Part shown: in pieces, positions 36,806 through 51,365 of the stretch
How positions within the stretch are numbered: the stretch's first letter is position 1
Layout: every line of letters begins with the position of its first letter
From: Cenococcum geophilum
Taxonomy: Eukaryota
Length of the DNA: 64,000 nt
Reading direction: 5' to 3'
Assembly: GCA_050273025.1 (NCBI GenBank)
Contig: CP158635.1
Span: 13,888,001 to 13,952,000 of the forward strand
Notes under the pieces: model-generated
What the model was told of the DNA's origin: nothing
Databases searched by the model: none
What the model saw: the letters and a program-made list of their open reading frames with translations, nothing else
Program-made: the position numbers and the translations under genes

Positions 36806-38270
36806 TGTTAATTTGCGTAAGCGGAGGTCGGAGGACGACAGGGTGAACGATATAGTGAAGTAAGTGAAGTGGATGAACTTGATGCAATTGATGATGTCTA
36901 TCTGCGGGGGACCGAGTCTCTATATACCTGGAAGACCCTAGTTCCGGAACGTCTACGTTCCGTCTCGTATTCTGATACGTTACCTAATACACTAGGTGAT
37001 ACGTTACCTGACACACTAGGTGATACGTTACCTGATACACTAGGTAATACGTTACCTGATACACTAGTTAATACACTAGCTGATACACTAGTTAATACAC
37101 TAGCTGATACACTAGTTAATACACTAGCTGATACACTAGTTAATACACTAGCTGATACACTAGTTAATACACTAGCTGATACACTAGTTAATACACTAGC
37201 TGATACACTAGTTAATACACTAGTTGATATACTAGTTAATATACTAGCTGATACTATCTAATATACCGCGTAAAGCTGTAGGGTTCTTCCAGGGTGTCCT
37301 TATGTAATGCTTATATAAGCAACATTAGAGATTATTATTAACACGCCCCTATAAACAATATATTATATTATAATATTTTGTTTATTAATTTTGTTCATCA
37401 ATTTTGTTTATTAATTTTGTTTATTAATTTTATGTATTAAGTGACCCAAGAAGTAAGTCAAGCAGCCTTAATAAAAACCTTAGCCTATGGCTAAAACCCA
37501 GTGGGAATAAAAGGTCCAATTAGGAAGGAAAAGAGTATCTGCTAATTAATTTTGTTTATCGATTTTATTTATCAATTTTATTTATCTATTGGTAGTAAGT
37601 TTATCTGCCTGACCAAATTCTTAAAAGTAGGTCTACTTAGTGCTTTGGTAAGCATATTAGCTAGCTATTCTTTTGTACTTATATAGCTTAGCTGTATTGT
37701 ATTATTTGTTACGTATTCTCGCATAAAGTGGTATTGTATATTAATATGCTTGGTCTTAGTATAATGTTCTGGATTGTTCGCTAATTTAATTGCTGATAGG
37801 CTGTCTTTACAGTAAACAAATGGAATTTTTCTTTATTTTCTATATTAAGCTATTTAATAACGCTTATTAAATATAGATATTCCTTTACAGCCTCTTTTAG
37901 GGCCATATATTTAGCTTTACAGCTAGATAGAGTAACTATTTTTTGTAATTGACTTGCCTAGCTTATAGGGCTTCTACCAAATGAGAAGTAGTATGCGCTA
38001 GTTAATTTTTGACCTATTATATTACCCCCTTAATTTGAATCGTAGTAACCTAAAATATAAGGTTCCGATTGTCTGGAATAGGTAATTCCTAAGGTAGGGG
38101 TATAATTTAGGTATTTCCAAATTTGATTTAGTGCCTGGTAATATATTTTATTTGGATTTAATATAAATCTAGCGCAGGTATTTATGTTGTAGGCTATGTC
38201 AGGCCTAGTCTTTGTAGATAAGTATATTAGGCTTCCTACTTCTTGTTGATACTGTTTTATATCTTTAGGA

Positions 38271-40270
38271 TCCGCTCAACACTATCAGCACTTACGCTAC
38301 TCGCTGCCACCATCAAATCTGCATGGGCGATGCGAAAGGACTTCGTAGTATCAATGCTTAGCCTAGACATCAGTGGTGCCTACGACAATGTACCCCACGA
38401 GCGTCTCCTGCATATCCTTAGGGCAAAGGGCTTCCCAGAATGGATTATACAATTTGTCCAAGGGTTTACAGGCCAAAAAGAAACATCACTGGTCTTCAGC
38501 GGATACCAGAGCCCCCCCATCGCAGTTGCAACAGGAATACCACAAGGATCACCCCTCTCGCCTATACTCTTCCTTTTCTTTATAAGCAACCTACTCGACT
38601 CTTTTAAGGAAGGGGCGACCCAGGGGATAGGCTTCATTAACGATACAAACCTAATTACATACGGGCCAATAGCCGCAGAGAACTGCAGAACACTAGAGAA
38701 AGCCTATAACACTTATATAAAGTAGGCAAAACGTCATAGAGTCCAATTCTTACCAGAGAAATACCAGCTAATCCATTTCACAAGAAAACGCAACCAATCT
38801 GCAGATCTCTAGCATATAATTCGCATCTAAGGCTTTAGGGGTTAACCAGTTTAGGGCCTAAAGGTATTAAAAGTATAGGTAGACAGTAAGCTCCGGTAGA
38901 GCGTATATACGGCATAAGCAGCCCATAAAGGCCAAGCACAGTTTATCACTTTATCTAGGATTATTAATTCCATATAGGGTCCATACTTCCAAAGGTCACG
39001 CCTACTATATACAGCAGTCGTCCGGCCAACCATAACATATAGATCCAGTATCTGGGCCATTAAAGAAACTAAGAAGGGCCCCCTAAAATCACTCCTTAAA
39101 CCACTTCAAAAGGTCCAAATAGCCTACCTCTAGAGTATTACAGGCGGGTACAAGCAAACGGCCACAGCACTACTTAAGAAGAAATCCAATATTCCCCCCC
39201 TACAGTTACATATTAAAGCCGCTATAATATAAAGAACGTAAAATAAACGCAACTCTAATATCATAAAGTACATTAAGACACGCCTAAGTAAACTATAAAG
39301 GGACTTTAGGGTGCCCTATAGGAGAACAAACCAACAACCCTAAAGTAGGGAAGAGATATTAGAGAAACAGGTAAAGAAAGCAGAAGAAGAATAGTGCCGC
39401 TTTAGGGCCCAGGCCCATATAGAGGAGAAAGGGAGACATATAAGAGGTTAGTAAAAATAACAGCAAGACAAAGAAAGGAGCTAAAGTAAAATACGCAAGA
39501 ACGCTAGGAAACCATCTACCGCAATATAATACTAGTTAAACCAACGCTAGAGAGGCAAATAGGAGTTAAAGGTACAGAGGCTAACTTAGGCAAGACGAAC
39601 CCAAGCTATAGCATAGTTAACGCTATAGGGGGTAAATACCCAAGGGCTCTAAAAAGGCCTAACAAAGGCAGAAAATATAATAGCAACACTCTTAAGAACA
39701 GGAATAATAGGACTAAAAGATTAACTTTACTAGGTAGGTATCCTAGTAGGTAGCCTAAGATACAAATGTAGCTAGCTAAGACAGACACCAAAACACGTAA
39801 TACTGCTATGCCCCCTACACACCAATTAAGAAATAATACTCTCAGCAGCTAGCACAGAGAACTATAATATACTACTCTCAACAAAAAAAGGCCTCAAGGC
39901 GGTCACTTAGTGGCTTATTAGTTAAAATATACTAAATCAGTTCCAGGTTGCAAGGGAAATAGTAATAGAAGGCAAGGGGGCAAGCAGCAGGTGCCCCCTA
40001 GTAACTCTACAGTAATAAAGTAAAAGTTTATAATACTAGCGCGTCCGTAGGCTTATTACGGCAGCAGTAGTTCCCAAAGAGGTTAAACAGTAAGGTAGTA
40101 GAGCACCACAGGCGACTCGCAGGCGCTAAGTAGGCGAGTCCCAAAAGGTAGGGAGATAGATCACGGGGTTTTCTCATTTTTCTTAAATAGAGTTTTCTCC
40201 CCACATGTAAATAAGGAGTAGTCCGCGTGGGCCCAGTAGGGATCCGAATCGGACGTTAAGCAATGAATTA
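38271..40270 (+). mobile_element. LINE family A 5'-truncated copy (2000 bp), lightly mutated
   Basis: 14-bp TSD TTATATCTTTAGGA at 38257-38270 and 40271-40284. The RT frame reads LDISGAYDNVPHERL, GIPQGSPLSPILF and GFINDTNL. Confidence 0.95.
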
Positions 40271-43179
40271 TTATATCTTTAGGAGAGGCCTATTCTGTAT
40301 TCTTTTCCATTTTTAAGCTAATAATTCCAGGGGTAGATACTGGATTTAGATTTTGTTTATTAAACCTTTATAAGATATTTTGGGTGTATTTCTTTTGGTT
40401 TAATTTTATAACCTTATTTTTGCGATCTCTAGTAATTTTTATACCTAGGAAATAGGAAACTGGTCCCAAATTTGTTAATTCTAGGTCTTTACCTAGTTTT
40501 GTTTGAATTTTATTTATTTATTTAATATTTGGGCTAAATACTAGTAGATCGTCTATATGGCAGATTATTATAATGCCTAGTATATCATTTTTGAATACTG
40601 CCTGATCTGCAAAGATAGGATAAAATCCTTCTTTTTTAAGGTTATTTGCTAGGTGGTTATACTATATTTTTAGTGATTGTTTTAGGCTATATAGAGCTTT
40701 ATTTAATTTATATACCTTATTTAGTATTATAGTAACACCTTCTGGTTGTTCTATATATAGCTCTTTATTTATATTAGCGTGCGTAAACACATTTTTAAAG
40801 TCCTATTATACTATTTCATAATTATGGTAAGCTGCTAAATATAGTAGCATTTTGTACACTTCTGGGCGGTAAGTATTTGCAAAGGTTTCTTCATAATCTA
40901 TGCCATATTGCTAACTAAAGCCTTTTACTACCCATCTGGCTTTGTATTTAATTATTTGGTTGTTTTAATCCATTTTAATCTTATACACCCATTAAGTTTT
41001 TAGAACCTTTCTATTGGGTAGTAGATTAACGATATTTTAGGTCTTTTGTTTTTTAAGTTAATTGATTTCTATACCCATTGCTGTTTGCTAATTTGGCCAA
41101 TTATGCAATTTTATAGCTTCTCTATAGGACCTTAGTTTATTTTGATTAGTTCCTAGGAGAGCTAGTTTGTCTATATTATTATCCTCTGATTCACTGGATT
41201 GATTTATTCTTGATATTTGATTTTGTCTGGTTTAATTTTGTCTAATAGATTGAGATTGATTTTGTTTAATAGCTCGATTTTGTTTAATAGCTTAATTTTG
41301 TTTATTTATCTATTTATCTCTTTCGTTTAAATTAAACAGACTTTCTTCGTTGACTTCTAGGTCGGCTTCTTTGCTAGTATTAAAATTATAAAACTAGTTT
41401 TCTAGTATTTTGACATCTCTAGCCTAAGTAAGCCTTTTTAAATCTATATTATATAATCTGTAAAGATTACTTCTAAATCTAAGTAATATTGCCTTTTTAG
41501 CTCTAGGCTCTAGTTTTTTAAGTCCTTTGGCTTTGTTTTTATAATACGCAATTAATCTAAATACTTTAATATTTATAATATCTAGTTTTATATTATAAAG
41601 TGCTTTATAAGGCGTCTTAAATTGCAATTAACTATATAGAGTCCTATTATATAGGTAAACTACTATACTTACTGCTTCCCCCTAAAGGTTCTTTAGTAGT
41701 TTTGCAGTAAATAAGATACAGCGTACCTTTTCTAGTATTATTTAATTTATTCGTTCTATTAACCTATTTTGTTTATGGGTATAAGTAGCCAAATATTGCT
41801 AAATAATACCGTATGTAAAGCAGGCTCCTTTGAACCTTTTATTTATAAATTTACCCCCCTAATCTAATTTTAGGTATTATATTTTCCTTTTTAATAGATT
41901 TTTAGCTTAATTTTTAAATTCTATAAAAGCTTTATAGGCTTCTAATTTAGATTTTAGTAATTTAAATTTTAAATATCTAGTAGCTAAATCTAGGAAGAAA
42001 ATAATATATCTTTCACTATTTATAGTTTTAGGGGATATTGGTCTATATAAGTTAGTTACTACCTTTTCTAGGTAAACTTTTGCTTTTAGTGTAATTTCTT
42101 TATTTTACTAACTTGTTAGCTTTAATTCTATATAAATTTCGCATTTATCTAATAGAATATTTAATTATAGACCTAGAGTTTTTTATAGTGAAATAGGATT
42201 TATATAGCCTATTCTTTAGTGCCAAAGTTTAATTTTATCTGCTTGTTTAAGCAAATTGATTTTATTTGTTGGCTCAATTTTATTTATTTACTTGCTTTTA
42301 ACCTTCTCAGTCTTTTTACTAGGTAGATTATTTTATACTATATCTATATAATATAGGGAGTTTCTTCCCATAGCTAAGATAAGCAGTTATTCATTTTTAT
42401 ATATATAGGCTTAACCGCCCTTAACAACAATTTTATAGCTAAGTTAATCTAGCTTACTAATAGAGATAAGATTGTATTAAAAATTAGGTGCATATCTACA
42501 GTTTTCTAGTATAATTTTATTTCCTTTATTTACTAATTTAATATTTCCAATTCCAATATAATTAATTAATGTATTAGTTCCCCAACTAATTTTCCTATAG
42601 GAATCTTTAAAGCTTATAAAGTATTTCTTTTTGGTTATTAGATGCTTAGTAGCTCCTAAGTCTAATACAAAATTAGCTCCTTTTTAATTTAGTTAGGGGT
42701 TTTTATTAATAATAAGTACTTAATTAGTATCTATTAGATTAAAATCGATTTTAAAATCGTCTTCTTCTATATTACTAGGATAGTTATTACTAGTATTTAT
42801 AGATATAAGAGCTTCTTAAGGTTTTGGCTTATATTAGGGCCTTTTTAGGAAATAGATAAAAACAGTCCTTTATAGAATGCGTAGTTATTCTATACTTCTT
42901 ACAGTACTTATTTTTATATATTTAATTTATCTAATTAGTCCTAGGTCGTCTAGACCCTATAACTAAGACTATTTCCTAATCTTTAGATACCTATCTTCTA
43001 GATTCATCCAGTAAGTTAGAAAACAGGTTTTTTAAGTTAATAGTACTAGAATTAGTTCTATAAAATTAGGTAACTATTATAATAAATCCCTTATAAGGAC
43101 TGGTTAGGTTATTTAAAACCCAAGCAATAATTACCTAATTTGGTAATTCTATGCCTTTAGCTTTTAATTAGTCGGTAAG

Positions 43180-46100
43180 GAGGGAGAAAAAGCCGCTACA
43201 GTAGCAGAACACGCCCACCAATCACCTAATAGAGAAATAACCACCTCCAATCAAATCTACGGCATTTTATGCCCTAGAACCAATGCATACAGTACAGCCG
43301 GAAAGCCTGCGCAACATAGGAGGGTCGCAGCAGACTTAAAGGGTGGGCGCCGCACAGAAAATCGCAATACTATAATAAACCCAACAGGGGGCGACTTAAC
43401 CATAACAACCAAAGGACAACGACCAGAATTGGCAGAAACTCGTGAACCTCCTAAAGAACATTAAGGACGATCTAAGAAAGGGAGAGGACAAACGCCTACG
43501 CGTAAGGGTAGCGCGTGTGGCATAATAAGCAGGCCTTATCGCATAAGAGCTCTAAATAAAGCACAACAGGAACTAGAACGCGGTAGAGAATAGGCTTAGG
43601 CGTATTAAGGATGCTATAAAATCATAGAGAACACCAATAGTATAAGCAGCAAAGCTAATATAGGCTAATATTGCCGTAAGCGCCCAACCGGCGACTCCCC
43701 AGCGTATACCTAGTATAGCACCGGTCAGAGCCACAGTTAGGGTCCAAATACTAAAGGCATTAGGGGTGGACCTAGAACAAATTCTTATATTAATTAAAAT
43801 ATATATACTAAAGGCAGTGGCAGTAAGGGTCCTACGCAGCGGCAATATAAAGGTTACGCTCCTTAACTAGTAGGTAAAAGACCAGACTATTACCTAGGGA
43901 GACACCCCTAAGTATAAGATCCTCCACCAGGACTACCTAGTTAAAGTAATAGAAGTACCACTTAGTATACAAGTAGAAAGCGGATAAGGCGCTATAAATA
44001 CATAGCTTATTCAGAGGATTATAGAGGCTACTAAAAAACTAGCCCCCGGAATTACTATAACTAGAGTCGCATAGCTTTATAAAGAACGTATAATGTATAT
44101 AGGAGAATCACCAGGGTTCCAAAAGGTTAAAATGCGCAGTACCTTAATAATTAACCTACTAACCCAAGAGATATAGGCAATAGTAGCCCGCAAAGGAGTA
44201 GTTATAGACAGCCTTTGGTATAAAGCCCGGCTATACTACTATAAAGTCTAAGTCCAACAATACTTTAAATGCTAATAATAGGGATATACCTAGAACGCAT
44301 ACGGGAAGTAAGTAAGGTATAGAGAGTGCGCTAATAACTATAACACTAGGGACTGCCCTAAGGATAAGGGAGTTAAATATGTAAATTACGGAAAAGAATA
44401 TAGAGTAAGGCAAAAGGCGGAATATAGAACCTACTAGGTATACCTAGAAGCCACTAGGACAAGATAAGCCTAACTACACTAAATTACAGCCACGCTCCGG
44501 GGAAACGTATATAAGGAGAAGGAGATAAGCAGAGTAAATAACGGTGGCTAGATAATTAAACAGCGGAAGAGAACTAGGATACCTACCCTAATAGGAGCAG
44601 CCTCTACCTAACTAGCAGCAAAACGAGCCGTAGGACGCCCATAAGGTAGCACCAACGCCGCTAGAGACCTATCCTAATAAAGAATCCCAATTATAGCGGC
44701 CCTAAGTAAAACGCCCTAGATATAAATAGAAGACGCCTATAAGTCACCAGATAAACTATAAAAGGATTAACAATAATATAATATAACTGTGGACACTTAA
44801 ACTACAGAGCAACACGCCCTTTATTTAACAGCCTAGACCCAAAAGAACACTAAATAATAGCCCTATAGGAGCTAGCGTATAATAAATAAACCCATAAAAC
44901 GTACCAACTAAAAGGATACTACCTCCTATATAAACTAAACCCGTTTACTTGCGTATGCTTCCTAATTAGCTAACGCATTAATATATAGGCCTGGAGCTAT
45001 TACACTATTAGCCCTAATATAGCTAAATTATAAATAGCTATAAATAGGGGCTAAATTAGTATAATTAATGTCTATAACCTAAGCGACAACAGGCCCCAGA
45101 TAACTATGTGGGGGCTACTCTAACAAATAATTAATATAGTAGAAGGCGAGATAATAGTCCTAGGGGACTTTAATACACACTATATAGCATAGAGAGGACA
45201 GCAGGCCACAGTAGAAGTATAGGCGACTTACCTACTTAACAAACTAGAAACGCGAGGCCTCACCTTAACTACCCTAATAGGCGAACCTACCTAGAAAAAA
45301 GGAACCTAAGAGAGTATAATTAACCTTACATTTATGCACGAAGCACTAGTAGACTGGCTAGCTTTCTGCAGGCTAAAGAATATATAGGCAATAACTGCAG
45401 ACCATATACCTATACGGATAACCCTTAACGTTAACGCACTAGCGTAACAAACCCGCTAGAGATACGCTATCTAAAAACTTAATCAGGAAAAATATACCCA
45501 GGAAATTACTAACAGGCTAGCAACAATACCTTAGGTAATGCTAAAGGATATCTAAAAGACTATAAGCAACTACCTAGACAAGTACTGCCTAATAGCCCAG
45601 CCTAGTAAACACGCCTGGCGCGAATAGTTACCAAAGGTAGCGCAGATACTTGTAGGCTCAAGGAGAGTAAGGCGACAGTACAGTAAGATAGGCGAGGTCT
45701 ACCACCAATAGAGTTATAAAGCTCTAAAGAATAGGCTTAAGAAGATAATACGGAAGGAGAGCAGAAACAGCTGGCGCCGGTTCCTTAAGGAAATTACTTT
45801 AGACCCTACTAAGCCACACAACTAGGGACTCTGGCGAATATTAAAGTAGAGTAGGTGAGCCGCAGGGGAAACGCTAAGGGACCCCTACCTACTTGCACTA
45901 CGTCGGATAGCATATAACTAGTACACAAATAACAATGGGGAAAAAACAAGAATACTAGTAAAGAGGTTCTTCTTAGGTGTAGGCCAAGCAGACTTATAGG
46001 ACACTAGCAACTAAGACTACCCCCTACCCCTAAAGATAAGCCAGATAGTCTTAATAAAGGACATAAAAGAAGCTATTTAGAAGCTCCCTATAGGCAAAGC

Positions 46101-48377
46101 GGTAGGATTAAATAGGATCCTAAACAAGGCAATTAAGGCTGCGTTAGAAGCCCTAGCAATACTACTAGCAAATACTGCATCCACCTGCCTATATAAAGGC
46201 AATCTACCAGACTACTATAAAGTAACAACTATAGTCGTCTTAAGAAAGCTAAATAAAAAGGACTACTCTCTCCTAGGAAGCTACTAACTAATCACCCTTA
46301 AAAATACGCTAGAAAAGCTTCTAAAAAAGATAGTTATAGAGTATATATAAGACGCCATAAAGGAGCAAGGACTACTACTATGGACATAAATAGGCATAAG
46401 AAAGAAGTAATTAACCCTCTTAGCCCTCTCCCTAATTACCTCCAGCGTCTAGGTGGCGTGGTAAGCCTACCCAGGATGCGTAGTATCTATACTCAGCTTA
46501 GACCTAAGTAGAGCCTTTAACAACGTATTGTATAAGAGACTCCTATAAATCCTAAGAAAGAAGGGTCTACTAGAATAGATAGTTAAGTTTACACAAGCCT
46601 TTCTAATAGGGCGCACTACTAAGATAGTATTTAAGGGCTATAAAAGCGAATTAATACTAATACCTATAGGCATCCCACAGGGGTCGCCCCTGTTGCTAAT
46701 CCTGTTCTTATTCTTTATATTTGAGCTACTAGAGATATTTAAGAGTAACTAGGAAATAGTAGCCTTAGGATTTATAGACGATATAAACCTAATTATGTAG
46801 GGAAACACAGCAGTAGAAAACTGTATTAGACTAAACTAGGCGTATAACAGGTGCGTCGTATAGGCAAAACGGCATGGCGCTAAATTTGCACCAGATAAAT
46901 ACTAGCTTATCCATTTTATAAGGAAAAGAAGGGCGAATAATAACCTAGCGTTAATAGTAAGCATCTAGGGCTGCGAAGCAAAACTAGAAGCTACCCTTAA
47001 GGTCCTAGGGGTATAGGTAGACGCTAGACTAAACTAGAATGCGTATATTATATAGGCGACTTATAGGGGAGTAGCAGCATTCGCAGCGATATTGTGTATC
47101 ACAGCCTTAACCTAGGGACCCTCATTTAGATATACACGACTACTATACACAGCTATAGTAAGGCTAACAATGCTATACGGCGCCTAGATCTGGGGCGTGG
47201 ACCTAAAAGGTAAGCTACTAGCAAAAAGCTCTCTAGAGCCACTAGTTAAACTATAAAATTAATACCTACGTAAAATTACAGGGGCCTATAAGAGGACACC
47301 ACGTGCCGTACTAGAACGCGAAGCAGTAGTACCTTTACTAGATATATATATAGACACAATTGCTATATAGAGAGCAGCTATAGTATAAGACTACCTAGTA
47401 GAGAAGGATATACGCTAAATACTTAATTATATATAAGGAGTAAGGGCCCCCTAAAGGGGCAACGCGCCTAAGCTCACAAGCCAGAAAGCCCTCCGCCTAT
47501 ATACGGTAGAGAAAGAATAGGAAATATAGAAGCTACTATAACACCAAGCGGAGACCTAGCGCTACGCCGGCAGAGCGCCACCACGGCAGTAGAGGATAGG
47601 AGGCTACTAGTATAAGTAGAGATCCACCATATATATTGCAAGATGGGCAGATATTAAGTGGAACTAATAATGGAAGAAGGCGGTAAAAATATAGAGGGCA
47701 GCCACATGGATTACCCTATGGACGATACTAACTCTCCCCCTATATAAAGGACAGACGAAGGCAGAATCTATGGCCGCCTTCCTACTAAGGACAGAGGTCC
47801 TAGGGCTAAATGTATAGCTAGTAAGTATTTATGTCCCAAACATTACGCCATACTGTACGTGCGGATGGCCTATATAGTTAGTACGCCACGTATTACTATT
47901 CTGCAACCAACGCACTGTAAGAGACTAGTTGTTTGCTAGAGTAGGCATAAATAATATTACCCGAATGCTCTCTATAAGTAGGGGTCTATACGAAGCAGTA
48001 CAATGGCTTATAAGCTAAGGAGTCCTTTAGCAGTTCCAGACAGCAAATGAGATCCAGCAGGAGGACACTAAAGGATACGCCCCCTTCTAGTCCCTTAGAG
48101 ACTGGACACCCCCTACCTAGTTAAAGGTGGCACGCCGGCGAATCACTAAACCCTCCTACTACCCCCTAGATCTTCTAAGACACCTTGGAAGCATGGTACG
48201 TAAGGCAGACATTATATAAAGGTACACAGGCTAGGCGAAGGCGGAGCGCGTAAGACTAGCTGAAAGGATATACCTAGGTTTTCCCCCCTAGGGGGTTTTT
48301 CCTATATATAGAAGGTAGAAGCCTGTATGGACCTAAAAAAAAAGGGGACCGAATCGGGCGATAAATAGAATTAATAA
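43180..48377 (+). mobile_element. Full-length LINE family B (5198 bp, Tad1-like), RIP-inactivated
   Basis: 15-bp TSD TAATTAGTCGGTAAG at 43165-43179 and 48378-48392. Degenerate CCHC knuckles near 44260-44400, endonuclease VLGDFN near 45157, GIPQGSPL near 46669, GFIDDINL near 46768, and a C-terminal CTCG...RHVLLFC near 47853-47904. Confidence 0.92.
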
Positions 48378-48774
48378 TAATTAGTCGGTAAGTTGCTTTA
48401 CTTTATTTAAATACTCCTCTATAGAAGAGTATTTAGATAAGGTAGTCTTAAAAAGCTCTTTATAGATTAAGAATTCTAAGCTAAACCCTTTTAGGCTATA
48501 GAGATTTTTTAACAGTTTCTATGCTTCTAGAGCTGTTTTAGAATACCATATTTGCAAGAGAGGTCTATCCTTAATTATTAGCCTTATATTAGCTAAGGCT
48601 TTTTAGTTAATTTTCCCTTTTAGGGTAACTCCTTTTTCTATAGCATTACTAAGCGATCCTTTTATGAGAAGTGATTGGACCTAAAGGCTCTAGACTTTAT
48701 AGTTGGATTGCCTAATAAGCTTTTTAATTAAGATTTTGTCTAATATTTTATCTATAAATAGATAAATAGAATTT

Positions 48775-49000
48775 AAACGATAGGATTAAATAGATAAAAT
48801 TAAATAATAGGATTTGGATAAGTAGAATTAAATGATAGGATTTGGACAAGTAGAATTAAATGATAGGATTTGGATAAGTAGAATCGAATAATAGGATTTA
48901 GACAAGTAGAATTGAATGATAGGATTTGGATAAGTAGAATTAAATGATAGGATTTAGACAAGTAGAATTAAATGATAGGATTTAGATAAGTAAATAAAAT
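48775..49000. repeat. 28-bp tandem repeat (GATAGGATTTGGACAAGTAGAATTGAAT) in the Copia A leader
   Basis: About 7 units here; fewer at 22340-22440 and 49880-50010. Confidence 0.85.
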
Positions 49001-49151
49001 TAAATAAATAGATAGATCAAATAATATATACTTTAGATTTAATTAAGATTTGATTAAGATTTAAATAGGATTTAAACAAGATTTAACTTAACGTGAAATT
49101 TAAGTAAAAGTAAAATAGAGATGAAATTGACTTAAGATCTAGTTTAGATTT

Positions 49152-50871
49152 TGTTAATGATGATCTCTGATGTTGCTTATATAAGCATTACATAAGAACA
49201 CCCTGGAAGAACCCTACGGCTTTACGCGGTGTATCAGATGGTATCAGCTAGTGTATCAACTAGTATATCAACTAGTGTATCAACTAGTGTATCAGATGGT
49301 ATCAGCCAGTATATCAGCCAGTGTATCAGGTAACGTATCACCTAGTGTATCAGGTAACGTATCACCTAGTATATTAGGTAATGTATCACCTAGTATATTA
49401 GGTAACGTATCACCTAGTATATTAGGTAACGTATCAGAATACAAGATGGAACGTAAACGTTCCGGAACTAGGGTCTTCTAGGTATATAGAGACTCGATCC
49501 CCCATAGATAGACATCATCAATTGCATCAAGTTCATCCACTTCACTTACTTCACTACATCGTTCACCCTATCGTCCTCCGACCTCCGCTTACGCAAATTA
49601 ACAGGTTATAAGCCCGGCTGCTCTAACCTCAACCAAATCTTAATCAATTTTCGACTAAAACAACAAAATCTGACCTCGATGAAATATCAATCAATTATTA
49701 ACCAATTTTTTGATTAAATCTGAACTAGATCTTAAGTCAATTTCATCTCTATTTCACTTTCACTTGAATTTCACTTTAAGTTAAATCTTATTTAAATCCT
49801 ATTTAAATCTTAATTAAATCTTAATCAAATCTAAAGTATATATCATTTAATCTATCTATTTATTTAATTTTATTTACTTATCTAAATCCTATTATTTGAT
49901 TCTACTTGTCCAAATCCTATCATTCAATTCTACTTGTCCAAATCCTATCATTTAATTCTACTTGTCCAAATCCTATCATTTAATTTTATCTGTTTAATCC
50001 TATTATTTAAATTCTATTTATCTATTTATAGATAAAATGTTAGATAAAATCTCAATTAAAAAGCTCATTAGGCAATCCAACTATAAAGTCTGGAGCCTTT
50101 GGGTCCAATTACTTCTTATAAAAGGATCGCTTAGTAATGCTATAGAAGAAGGAGTTACCCTAAAAAGAGGAAATTAACTAAAAAGCCTTAGCTAATATAA
50201 GGCTAATAATTAAGGATAGACCTCTGTTGTAAATACGGTATTCTAAAATAGCTCTAGAAGTATAGAAACTGTTAAAAAATCTCTATAGCCTAAAAGAGTT
50301 TAGCTTAGAATTCGTAATCTATAAAAAGCCTTTTAAGACTACCTTATCTAAATACTCTTCTATAGAGGAGTATTTAAATAAAGTAAAGCAACTTACCAAC
50401 CAATTAAAAGCTAAAGGCATAGAATTACCAAATTAGGTAATTATTGCTTAGGTTTTAAATAACCTAACCAGTCCTTATAAGGGATTTATTATAATAGTTA
50501 CCTAATCTTATAGAACCAATTCTAGTACTATTAACTTAGAAAACCTGTTTTCTAACTTGCTAGATAAATCTAGAAGACAGGTATTTAAAGATTAGGAAAT
50601 AGCCTTAGTTATAGGGTCTAGACGACCTAGGACTAATTAAATAAATTAAATATATAAAAATAAGTACTATAAGAAGTGTAGAATAACTACGCATTCTATA
50701 AAGGACTATTTCTATCTATTTCCTAAAAAGGCCCTAAAAGGCTTTAAAACCAAGCACTAATATAAGCCAAAACCCCAAGAAGCTCTTGTGTCTATAAATA
50801 CTAGTAATAACTATTCTAGTAATATAGAAGAAGACGATTTTAAAATTAATTTTAATCTAATGGATACTAAT
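49152..50871 (+). mobile_element. Copia family A 5' part: LTR 49152-49603, PBS GGTTATAAGCCC 49604-49615, gag
   Basis: Matches 21649-23654. Confidence 0.92.
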
Positions 50872-51365
50872 TGTCAATGATGATCTCTGATGTTGCTTAT
50901 GTAAGCATTACATAAGAACACCCTGGAAGAACCCTACGGCTTTACGCGGTGTATCAGATGGTATCAGCTAGTGTATCAGCTAGTGTATCAACTAGTGTAT
51001 CAACTAGTGTATCAGATGGTATCAGCTAGTGTATCAGCTAGTGTATCAGGTAACGTATCACCTAGTGTATTAGGTAACGTATCACCTAGTGTGTTAGGTA
51101 ACGTATCACCTAGTATATCAGGTAACGTATTAGAATACGAGACGGAACGTAGACGTTCCGGAACTAGGGTCTTCCAGGTATATAGAGACTCGATCCCCCG
51201 TAGATAGACATTATCAATTGCATCAAGTTCATCCACTTCACTTACTTCACTATATCGTTCACCCTGTCGTCCTCCGACCTCCGCTTACGCAAATTAACAG
51301 GTTATAAGCCCGGCTGCTCTAACCTCAACCAAATCTCAATCAATTTTCGACTAAAACGCTAAAAT

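Larger units (their letters stand above)
36806..49151 (-). mobile_element. Copia family A near-complete copy: 3' LTR 36806-37343; internal region interrupted by LINE A and LINE B; 5' end cut by another Copia A
   Basis: Collinear with 32878-36805 and, further on, with the gag/UTR of the + copies. The pieces rejoin across both LINE TSDs. Confidence 0.9.

Noticed and set aside
36869..37261. Recurrent MDELDAIDDVYLRG.../VSPSVLGN ORFs as a protein family
   Set aside because: All lie within Copia A LTRs, mostly start at GTG, and stay open because the 12- and 24-bp units are multiples of three. Recurrence just reflects LTR copies.
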